A program made the position numbers and the translations under genes. From the IMG/VR virus record IMGVR_UViG_3300045988_131228, positions 96,001-160,000 of that record: a stretch of DNA of 64,000 nt, one strand, 5' to 3'. The notes below the pieces were generated by a model. That model was not told the DNA's origin. It saw only the letters and a program-made list of their open reading frames with translations, and made no database searches. Positions 1-7,664 of the stretch are shown in pieces (position 1 is the stretch's first letter; every line of letters starts with the position of its first letter). The DNA is from a virus.

Positions 1-1097
1 CTGATGGTACAGTTCTTCCATATTGTATCGGTTCTGCTTATGTATCGGGTGTTGCTTTTGATGGATTACTTAGAAGTCAACCTGGACTAAAACCTGAGAA
101 ATGGCAATGTCATAATAATATGATTACAAATTATCAGAAGAAAGGTAAAGGACATTGGGGAGCTGGTGCAGAAAGAAATACATTCCAGATTCTTTTTAAC
201 ATTATTAAAGGTGCTACAAAAAATAGTCAGAGTCTATTCCAAGGTTGTACATCATATAATTTCCAATACTCTGCTTCTATTCAATCTGCGGATGCACATA
301 CATACTTCCCTGTTACAAATGCACAGGCACAAAATATTCTTGTTGGTTCTTATGTATCAGTTGGATATGGAGAATTAAAAACTGATACTAATACAGTAAA
401 TATTGATCGTGGAGTAAAGAATATGCACAAATATGCCGATGATGTAAAAGTGTTGCGTATTGAAACACTTGATGAGAATAATAAAGCTGTATATCTTGAC
501 ATTGAAACAGGATTTAATACTACTCCTGTTAAGTTATCCGATACGGTAAATGCATCCATTACTCTCTCATCTATGCATTGGTGGTCTGGAACTACGGATA
601 AAGTTATTGGTAGACATGATGGAAGTTATGTTTCTAACACTGATGGAAAACATCCATATAGAGTACAGGGTCGTGAGTATGCTGTAGGTGGATATATGGT
701 TGCATCTGATACAGTTATGGATTTCCAAAGCGATTATAGCAAGAAAGTATATATTGCTCCAAAAAGTCTTGCTCATAGTTCTTCTGACGCAACAATTAGA
801 AGTAAATATACATGCATTGGTACAATTCCTGCTAATTCAGATGGAAAAGGATCTGATTATTGGATTGGTGACATTTCAGTTGATGTTAATACTGGTGGAT
901 GGTTCCCATCTGCAAAAGGTTCTTCAAATTCCCAAGGTTGGGCTGATATGTTATACGCAGGTGGTACAAGCACTTCTGGCACAAGAGAATATCTGATGGG
1001 CGGTACTCTTGGGGTTTGGTCTAATGCTGGTTCTGCTTTCCTCCATGCCAGGGGCTGGATTTCTTGGGTTGATTGGTTCGTTCTCGGTGCCGATTAA
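1..1097 (+). CDS. DGR target protein, putative tail fibre / receptor-binding protein (5' end outside window)
   Basis: Frame open from nt 3 to TAA 1095-1097 (track ORF 120..1097 begins at an internal ATG). Last virion-type gene before the lysis genes. Extreme C-terminus (998-1090) is the variable copy of the repeat at 2686-2778. Confidence 0.8.
   Translation, partial: DGTVLPYCIGSAYVSGVAFDGLLRSQPGLKPEKWQCHNNMITNYQKKGKGHWGAGAERNTFQILFNIIKGATKNSQSLFQGCTSYNFQYSASIQSADAHTYFPVTNAQAQNILVGSYVSVGYGELKTDTNTVNIDRGVKNMHKYADDVKVLRIETLDENNKAVYLDIETGFNTTPVKLSDTVNASITLSSMHWWSGTTDKVIGRHDGSYVSNTDGKHPYRVQGREYAVGGYMVASDTVMDFQSDYSKKVYIAPKSLAHSSSDATIRSKYTCIGTIPANSDGKGSDYWIGDISVDVNTGGWFPSAKGSSNSQGWADMLYAGGTSTSGTREYLMGGTLGVWSNAGSAFLHARGWISWVDWFVLGAD
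998..1090 (+). repeat. DGR variable region (VR)
   Basis: 93 nt aligning without gaps to 2686-2778. 15 mismatches, all opposite an A in the downstream copy. Ends 7 nt before the stop codon. Confidence 0.85.
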
Positions 1098-1131
1098 AAA
1101 CAGGTTGTCCAAGGGGTGAATTTTTGAACGA

Positions 1132-1146
1132 ACTTGCGAAGCAAGT
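1132..1146 (+). promoter_or_regulatory. Hairpin ACTTGC-GAA-GCAAGT about 40 nt downstream of VR (candidate DGR target-recognition hairpin)
   Basis: Perfect 6-bp stem with 3-nt loop read directly. Its role is inferred from position relative to VR. Confidence 0.35.
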
Positions 1147-1156
1147 GAAGAGAAAA

Positions 1157-1178
1157 AAGAGGGGACTTCTCCCCTCTT
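1157..1178 (+). terminator. GC-rich hairpin (9-bp stem AAGAGGGGA/TCCCCTCTT, loop CTTC) after the tail-fibre-like gene
   Basis: Stem-loop read directly. A-run upstream and a weak T/A-rich tail downstream. Could act as a terminator and/or as the DGR cruciform element. Confidence 0.55.
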
Positions 1179-1262
1179 AATAAAAAAGAAAGAAGGTAAC
1201 TACTTATCAAAGAAATATGGTCACAAGAACGAGTAAATATATTTAACGATTCTGTAGATAAA

Positions 1263-1715
1263 ATGATTAATGGTTTGAATCAATATCAAGCTATTGCATT
1301 TACAGACGGTGCATATTCGCAAAATAAAAATAAAGGTGGATATGGCATTGTTTTATTTACTCAAGACAATAAAGAAACTTATGATAAAGTATTTCGTTGG
1401 AAAACACAATCTCACCAACAAATCATAAAACTTCATAATGTCGGTGCTGAATGTGAAGCTGTAAAATTTGTTGTTAAGAAAGCTATCGAAAAAAATCTTC
1501 AAAAAATCACTATATTTTATGATTATGAAGGAATACTTAAATGGCTCACAAGAGAATGGAATGCAAATCAAGAATATACTAAGGATTATGTAAACACTAT
1601 GTTACTATACTCAAAACAAATTCAAATAGGTTTTGTAAAGGTAAAATCCCATTGTGGAATAACATACAACGAATTAGCAGATGAGATTGCAACAAACGCA
1701 TTATTAAAACCTTAA
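1263..1715 (+). CDS. RNase H (type 1, RNase HI fold) family protein
   Basis: AFTDGA, GGYG, ECEA, IFYDY and VKSHCG..NELADEIA match the D-E-D-H-D catalytic layout of RNase HI. Lies between DGR VR and TR. Confidence 0.8.
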   Translation: MINGLNQYQAIAFTDGAYSQNKNKGGYGIVLFTQDNKETYDKVFRWKTQSHQQIIKLHNVGAECEAVKFVVKKAIEKNLQKITIFYDYEGILKWLTREWNANQEYTKDYVNTMLLYSKQIQIGFVKVKSHCGITYNELADEIATNALLKP

Positions 1716-1780
1716 ACAGAGAATTAATCAAGAGTGTGAAAGCACTCTTATTTTATTGTACAAATTTAGGAGGAAACCAT

Positions 1781-2658
1781 TTGGAAGAACATAATGAAGC
1801 AAAATATATTGTTTATTGTCATACCAACAAAATAAATAATAAAAATACATTGGTCAAACTTGTCATACATTAAAAATCAGATCTGGTAAGGATGGATGTC
1901 GGTATCATGCATGTGCATATTTTTGGAATGCTATTCAGAAATATGAATGGGATAATTTTGAGCATGAGATTTTATTCGAAGATCTTTCTAAGGAAAGTGC
2001 TGATAGAATTGAAAAAATATTAATTCAAACTTTTAAAACGCAAAATTCTAACTATGGATATAATATTCAGAATGGTGGCACATTTGGGAATACTGCCCCA
2101 CCAGAAGATTTGACTGGTAAACAATTTGGTCGGCTTACTGTCATTGGTAGGGATTTCTCAATTAATAAAGAAGTTAGATGGTTATGTCAATGTAGTTGCG
2201 GTAATCCAGAATTAGTTAGCGTGAGTACACATAATCTCAATAGATGTTATACACAGTCATGCGGTTGCTATAGAAAAGAAAAAGCAAAACAAGATAGTAC
2301 TATTCATGGAATGACTGGCACAAAAATTCATAATAAATGGTTATCTCTTATTGCTAGGGAGAATGTTTGCAATGAATGGAAACAAAACTTTATGAATTTC
2401 TATGATTGGGCGATGTCTCATGGATATGAAGATAATTTATTTTTATGTCGTATAGAATTAGATAAAGGATTTAATCCAGATAATTGTATATGGATGACAA
2501 AGAAAGAGTACATAAGAAAAAATCAATCAAAATCGTATACATATGATGGTAAGACCATGACTCTTCCAGAATGGGCTAGTTTATATAATTTGAAAACAAA
2601 AACTTTAGAAGCCAGATTGAATAGAGGTAAATCTATTGAAGAAGCTTTAAGTATGTAA
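1781..2658 (+). pseudogene. GIY-YIG homing endonuclease, reading frame broken in the A5 run 1841-1845
   Basis: AGGAGG-N7-TTG 1781. N-terminal piece KYIVYCHTNKINNK (GIY) stops at 1871-1873. The second frame, open from 1843, continues YIGQT...NIQNGG and joins track ORF 2110..2658. One extra A would restore NNKKYIGQT. Confidence 0.75.
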
Positions 2659-2685
2659 AATAAGTATTAAACGGTCTTACACTAC

Positions 2686-2778
2686 GGGCGGTAATCTTAG
2701 GGATAGGTCTAATGCTGGTACTGCATACCTCAATGCCAGGAGCAGGATTTCTTGGGATAATTGGTACAATCTCGGTGC
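2686..2778 (+). repeat. DGR template repeat (TR)
   Basis: Non-coding copy of 998-1090. Carries A at all 15 mismatch positions. In the VR frame it reads GGNLRDRSNAGTAYLNARSRISWDNWYNLGA. Confidence 0.85.
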
Positions 2779-2906
2779 GGAATATATTTAAAATATTTAT
2801 TCTTTAGTAGTGTGTTTCGTACTTGTAAAAAAGTATTTAATCGAAAGATTAACGTAACCTGATGGTTAAAATTATTTTCATAAACCAACCTCGCTAACAT
2901 AGGAGG

Positions 2907-2926
2907 AACTATATTCTAATATAGTT
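2907..2926 (+). other. Perfect 8-bp hairpin (AACTATAT-TCTA-ATATAGTT) in the TR-RT spacer
   Basis: Read directly. Lies in the about 265-nt non-coding spacer that in characterised DGRs forms the structured, self-priming part of the DGR RNA. Confidence 0.35.
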
Positions 2927-3044
2927 GGGCTTAGTAGTATTGACGAAAAGCCTTTTAAATATAATCGTGTATACGATATATGGATTGATAAAATATACTA
3001 TCTAATATTTATTTTATATACAAAAAAATAAAACAGGAGGTATT

Positions 3045-4245
3045 ATGCACGAAGAAATACTGTAAAAATATCGACATTACAAATCGTGATTTAATTTCAA
3101 ATGCAACATATCGTTGTCTAGCAGACAAATATAAACGTAACGATACACTGGAATTATTATCCGATATTTCTGGATTAAGAAAATGTCAAATATACAACAT
3201 CTATTATCGGTACGGTAGAAAAGCAATAAGACCATTTGTTGAAATTCTAATAACTGTAATTCGTTCAGAACTTATCAGCAAATCTATATCATTTCCACCA
3301 ATCTGGTACAAAGAAAAGATTGATCCTTCTTCTCATAAAATCCGTAATATAGGAATCCAACATGTAAAACAACAAATATATGATTATATTGCAATTGAAG
3401 GACTTAAACCATTATTATGTCGCATAGGCGTTCATCAATATGCTTCTATCAAAGATAGAGGATGCTTAAAAGGCTCTCGTATAATACAAAGATGGATGCG
3501 TAATAAATCTCTTAAATATTTTGCTAAACTGGACATTCGTAAATGTTATCCATCCATTCCACAGGATAAGTTAATTCAATTCTTAGAAAAACATATTAAA
3601 AACGATATGTTAATGTGGCTTATCAAAGAACTTGTTAATAGCTTTGAACAAGGCTTATCTATTGGCTCTTTTCTTTCTCAATACCTCTGTAATCTGTATC
3701 TATCCCAAATATATCACTTTATAGGACATCTACACAAAGTAAGAAGACATAAAGATGGAACTAAGTCTTCTATTTGTCTTGTATATCATAGATTGTTCTA
3801 TATGGACGACATATTAATGATTGGAACATCAGCTAAAGACATGCATAAAGCAGTCAAGGAAGTTATTAAATATTGCAAATCTCTTGGTCTAAAAATAAAA
3901 GAATCATGGTTTGTACAGAAAATGTCATTTGTTGATAGAAAATGTGATGGATCATTTATTGATATGATGGGATTCCGTATTTATAGAACTCATATTACTA
4001 TTCGTAGACGAGTATTTAAAAGAATTCGCAGAATAGCTATACGAATATGGAAACGAATAAAGACTCATCAAAAAGTTTTAGAATCTCATGCAAGAAAAAT
4101 AATCTCCTACTGGGGATTGTTAAAAAATAGTAACTCAGTAAAAGTAATTCAAAAATATCATGTAAAAGATATTATGAAAATCTCTAAGAAAGTGGTGAAA
4201 GAATATGACAAAATCTCGCTTTATGGAAAAGCAGCCTTCTGTTAA
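3045..4245 (+). CDS. DGR-type reverse transcriptase (frame discontinuity within the first 7 codons)
   Basis: IGSFLSQ at 3661-3681 and YMDD at 3799-3810. The frame is open from 2992 but has no ATG/GTG/TTG before 3496. An SD-preceded ATG at 3045 is one nt out of frame and stops at 3063-3065. Confidence 0.85.
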
Positions 4246-4558
4246 GGTTGTTGAAAAAGATAAGGTATACGCATACGTCTGTCTAAATGAAACAGAAGTT
4301 ACAGAAAATCATGTTAATGATAGAGAATCTGTTTCTATAACTATGTATGAATATGACTACAATGAAATCATTGAAGATATTGGTGTTCTGGATATTGATG
4401 ATATCAAAGCCAATCCAGAAAAATATCTCAATTATGAAAAAGCAGTTGAAAAGACTGACAAAGAACGTATTGCAGAACTTGAAGCAATGAATGCAGAACT
4501 GTCTACTACTGTAGATAGTATCTTAACTGATGTATTACCTACCCTTATGGGTGCGTAA
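4205..4558 (+). CDS. hypothetical protein (acidic, C-terminal coiled coil)
   Basis: GGTGA-N6-ATG start. Overlaps the RT 3' end. No motif recognised. Confidence 0.6.
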   Translation: MTKSRFMEKQPSVKVVEKDKVYAYVCLNETEVTENHVNDRESVSITMYEYDYNEIIEDIGVLDIDDIKANPEKYLNYEKAVEKTDKERIAELEAMNAELSTTVDSILTDVLPTLMGA

Positions 4559-4596
4559 TTATATAACTCTATTAATAGAAAGGACATAGAAAGGAT

Positions 4597-4779
4597 ATGA
4601 AAGATATGACAACATTTATTGCACGTATGATTATGAAAGAAGCAGACAAAAGTATTGAAGCAGGTCAGAAGAAATACAGAGCGTATTTTGTGAAAACTAA
4701 ACTGTATAAGAACTGGAAGGAAGATGTAGATACTATTCTCATTACAGATGGTTATGATGATGTAATTGTTGAAGCATGA
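4597..4779 (+). CDS. hypothetical small protein
   Basis: 60-aa ORF followed by two hairpin terminators. Confidence 0.5.
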   Translation: MKDMTTFIARMIMKEADKSIEAGQKKYRAYFVKTKLYKNWKEDVDTILITDGYDDVIVEA

Positions 4780-4806
4780 ATAAAAAGAATGTATAAACTT
4801 TTGTCG

Positions 4807-4831
4807 AAGAGGTGAGATACCTCTTATTTTT
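4807..4831 (+). terminator. Rho-independent terminator (AAGAGGT-GAGAT-ACCTCTT + T-run)
   Basis: 7-bp stem plus ATTTTT read directly. Confidence 0.6.
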
Positions 4832-4848
4832 ATGCTCAAATTTAGAGG

Positions 4849-4881
4849 GAGTCTTGTGTTATAGCAAGGCTCTCTATTTTT
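4849..4881 (+). terminator. Second tandem hairpin + T5 run
   Basis: GAGTCTTG/CAAGGCTC stem (one G-T pair) followed by TCTATTTTT. Confidence 0.45.
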
Positions 4882-4900
4882 ATGAAAATGAGGTGATTTT

Positions 4901-6610
4901 ATGGCTAAATATACACAGTCACAAATGAATATTTTAATTAAAATTATCGCCGCTGTAGAAACTGGTGGTCAAATATATGGTCAAGCTAGATATGATGATT
5001 ATACTCCTGCTTATGCTAATTGTTCTAATGAAACATCATGTACAATTGGTGCTTTTCAAGAGTATGGAAGTTTAGCAAAAGGATTATTACAAGAAATTTT
5101 AAATACTTATCCAACAACTTTCAGAAAGTACGATAATGCAGGAATTGAATCAGATTTACAACGTGCATCATGGACAGGTTATAGTCCTGCTAGAGGTTCT
5201 GCAAAAGCTAAAGCAATTCAAGCAATTATCAGTTCTCCTGATGGAATTAAAGTGCAGAATAATCGCATTCAAAAACAAATGGAATCTCATATCGCATTCG
5301 CTCAGAAACAAGGTGTATCTGATGTGGATGCTCTTTTTATGTGTGCAAACTTTATTCATCAAGGTGGTCAATCTGCTTGTACACGTATCTTAAAGAAAAC
5401 GCAAAAGCCATATACATTAGATCATTTATATGCAGCTTGCAAAACTGATACAGGTAATCAAGTTGGTGCTTATAAGACAAGACAACAAAAAGTATATGGT
5501 TGGCTAAAAGAAAAAATCAGTAACAAAAACATATCTAATAACAACTCAAATAATACCCTACAAGGAAGTGATAATATGACAACAGAAAAAGCAATTAATG
5601 CTCTTATTGCTACTGCTCAGGCGGAAATTGGATATATGGAAAAGAAATCTAATGCACAACTTGATGATAAAACAGCAAATGTTGGGGATGGTAACTATAC
5701 AAAATATTGGAGAGATTTAAAGCCGTCATGGAATGGATCTGCTTGGTGTGCTGTATGGGTATCGTGGTGTATGTATAAGACTTTTGGACTTGAAACTGCG
5801 AAAAAATTACTTAAACATGAGAATGATTTCCCATATGTTTATTGCCCTACTCTTGGCGCAAGATTTACAAAATATGCTAATCCTCAGCGTGGAGACATTG
5901 TAATCTTCTATCGCAATGGAACATTTGCTCATACTGGTATTGTTACTAAAGTTGAGGGTGATAAGTTCTACACAATTGAAGGAAATACAAATAATGGAAG
6001 CACGATAATAGCCAATGGAGGATCGGTATGTTCCAAAAGTTATAATAATTCAAATCTTCCAGGCACTAAATTCTGTCGTCCAGATTACTCTATCGTTAAA
6101 TCAATTATGAACTCATCTTCTACTTCAAAACCATCCACATCAACCTACAAAAAATGGGTAGGTGCAGCCACAAAAGATGGCACAGATGTATTTGCAAATC
6201 CTACAGGAACATCAAAATTATCTACATATCCAAAGCTAAATAAAGATAATTTAGTAGATGTAATTGGTGTGTCTGGAACACGTTATCAAGTGAAAATTGC
6301 AGATAAATTTGTAGGATATGTTGAAAAAACCAACATCAAAGATCCTAATGCAGTTGTTACAAAACCTAGTGCTTCTACAAGTAAACCTAAATATCCATTT
6401 GTCGGAGAAGTAACCGCATCTGAGTTAAATGTGCGTACTGGCGCAGGAACAAATTATGGTAAATTATCATCTTATCCAATTCTTAAAAGAGGGAACTTAG
6501 TAGATGTGTTAAAAGCCAAAAAAGATACATCTGGAAATAAATGGTATCAAGTTAGAATTGCAGGTAAGTACACAGGTTATGTATCTGCTCAGTACATTAA
6601 GAAGAAATAA
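4901..6610 (+). CDS. Endolysin: N-terminal domain of unassigned family + CHAP amidase/peptidase + two SH3b wall-binding repeats
   Basis: CHAP Cys/His context (GSAWCAVWVSWC ... FAHTGIV). Two C-terminal SH3_3-like repeats (..RYQVKIADKFVGYVE; ..WYQVRIAGKYTGYVS). GAGGTGA-N4-ATG start. Confidence 0.85.
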   Translation: MAKYTQSQMNILIKIIAAVETGGQIYGQARYDDYTPAYANCSNETSCTIGAFQEYGSLAKGLLQEILNTYPTTFRKYDNAGIESDLQRASWTGYSPARGSAKAKAIQAIISSPDGIKVQNNRIQKQMESHIAFAQKQGVSDVDALFMCANFIHQGGQSACTRILKKTQKPYTLDHLYAACKTDTGNQVGAYKTRQQKVYGWLKEKISNKNISNNNSNNTLQGSDNMTTEKAINALIATAQAEIGYMEKKSNAQLDDKTANVGDGNYTKYWRDLKPSWNGSAWCAVWVSWCMYKTFGLETAKKLLKHENDFPYVYCPTLGARFTKYANPQRGDIVIFYRNGTFAHTGIVTKVEGDKFYTIEGNTNNGSTIIANGGSVCSKSYNNSNLPGTKFCRPDYSIVKSIMNSSSTSKPSTSTYKKWVGAATKDGTDVFANPTGTSKLSTYPKLNKDNLVDVIGVSGTRYQVKIADKFVGYVEKTNIKDPNAVVTKPSASTSKPKYPFVGEVTASELNVRTGAGTNYGKLSSYPILKRGNLVDVLKAKKDTSGNKWYQVRIAGKYTGYVSAQYIKKK

Positions 6611-6646
6611 TTTTAGCTTTTTGCGGAAAGGATTGAGGGATATGAG

Positions 6647-7213
6647 ATGATTAGTACATTAAATGAGATAAATTCACAGGGGATATTTACAATTATCCTC
6701 TGTGTAGTATTAGTTCTTCTATTGATCGTAGAAGGTACTAAATTATGGAAAGGAACGCTTGAATCACTTGACTTGAAGTCTGGTAAGGAATTAAGAGAAA
6801 ACGCCGTAAATGAACGACTAGACACATTAGAAAGCGAATTAGAAAAAGTCAAGACAACATTTCTTGATAATCAAGAAACGTATCATGGACAAAGTATTGA
6901 AATTCGTAATAATCTTCAAGAGAATCAAGAGAATTTGAGTAAACAAATGGCAGAATTAAAACAACTATTTATCAATAAAGAAATTGATGATATGCGTTGG
7001 GAAATGTTAGATTTTGCAAGTGCGATTATGAATCATCGTAGATGCAGCAAAGAACAGTATGATCATGTTATTGATACATATGTTAAGTATGAACAGATAC
7101 TTGAAGAAAATCATATGGAGAATGGTCGAGTAACATCTTCTATGGAATTTGTAAATGATAAATATAAAAAATTAATGAGTGTTGGGTTTGATCACGATAA
7201 ATTAGAAGAATAA
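6647..7213 (+). CDS. Holin-like membrane protein (BhlA/UviB-like: N-terminal TM helix + coiled coil)
   Basis: One N-terminal hydrophobic helix (IFTIILCVVLVLLLIV), then a charged coiled coil. Lies immediately after the endolysin. Confidence 0.5.
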   Translation: MISTLNEINSQGIFTIILCVVLVLLLIVEGTKLWKGTLESLDLKSGKELRENAVNERLDTLESELEKVKTTFLDNQETYHGQSIEIRNNLQENQENLSKQMAELKQLFINKEIDDMRWEMLDFASAIMNHRRCSKEQYDHVIDTYVKYEQILEENHMENGRVTSSMEFVNDKYKKLMSVGFDHDKLEE

Positions 7214-7220
7214 ATAATTA

Positions 7221-7258
7221 TAGGGTAATCAGATTAATTTCTGGTTACCCTATTTTTT
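7221..7258. terminator. Bidirectional terminator between convergent units
   Basis: 12-bp stem TAGGGTAATCAG/CTGGTTACCCTA (one G-T pair), T6 downstream on +, A/T-rich on the other side. Confidence 0.65.
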
Positions 7259-7262
7259 ACGC

Positions 7263-7466
7263 TTACATACTGATTACTGGAATATAAACAAGATTTGTAT
7301 TCTTATTGTTACAATTTTTTAAAACGGCACGATATAACATCATGGCTTCTTTTTCAGATATCACGTTCCCAAATGTAGTAAACTTTATATTTGGATTTAT
7401 ACGATAAACTTCATTAATAAGATTTTTTGTATTATTATTTTCATATTTTAATTGATTTGTGTTCAT
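7263..7466 (-). CDS. hypothetical 67-aa protein, autonomous transcription unit (moron-like)
   Basis: Own consensus promoter (7489-7517), SD GGAGGT and flanking terminators. No motif recognised. Confidence 0.55.
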   Translation of the reverse strand: MNTNQLKYENNNTKNLINEVYRINPNIKFTTFGNVISEKEAMMLYRAVLKNCNNKNTNLVYIPVISM

Positions 7467-7488
7467 AGCATCTTACCTCCATGCTTAC

Positions 7489-7517
7489 ATTATACAAACA
7501 TTTGTTCTGCAAGTCAA
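7489..7517 (-). promoter_or_regulatory. Sigma-70/SigA-type promoter TTGACT-N17-TATAAT
   Basis: Minus-strand -35 at 7517..7512, 17-nt spacer, -10 at 7494..7489. About 25 nt upstream of ATG 7466. Confidence 0.65.
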
Positions 7518-7534
7518 GAGAATAAAAATAATTT

Positions 7535-7573
7535 AGGACAGTTGAGTAATGATACTCTTCTGTCCTATTTTTT
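7535..7573. terminator. Hairpin AGGACAG...CTGTCCT + T6 (A-run on the opposite side)
   Basis: Read directly. Insulates the small gene from the recombinase transcript. Confidence 0.55.
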
Positions 7574-7597
7574 ACGTCTGTAAATTGTAAATAAAAT

Positions 7598-7635
7598 AAT
7601 ACCCCACGGTATGATTTCTCACACCATGAGGTATT
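7598..7635 (-). terminator. Imperfect long hairpin after the recombinase gene
   Basis: AATACCCCACGGT / ACCATGAGGTATT arms, U-rich tail on the minus strand. Confidence 0.45.
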
Positions 7636-7664
7636 ATATATCGTTTGGACATTAATAGAACTCT

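Larger units (their letters stand above)
998..4245 (+). mobile_element. Diversity-generating retroelement cassette (VR - RNase H - GIY-YIG HE - TR - RT)
   Basis: A-specific VR/TR divergence plus an adjacent DGR-signature RT. Confidence 0.85.

Noticed and set aside
4205-4558. 4205..4558 as the missing DGR accessory protein Avd.
   Set aside because: It is strongly acidic, lies downstream of the RT rather than between VR and TR, and has a beta-rich N-terminal half. Avd is a small basic four-helix bundle.
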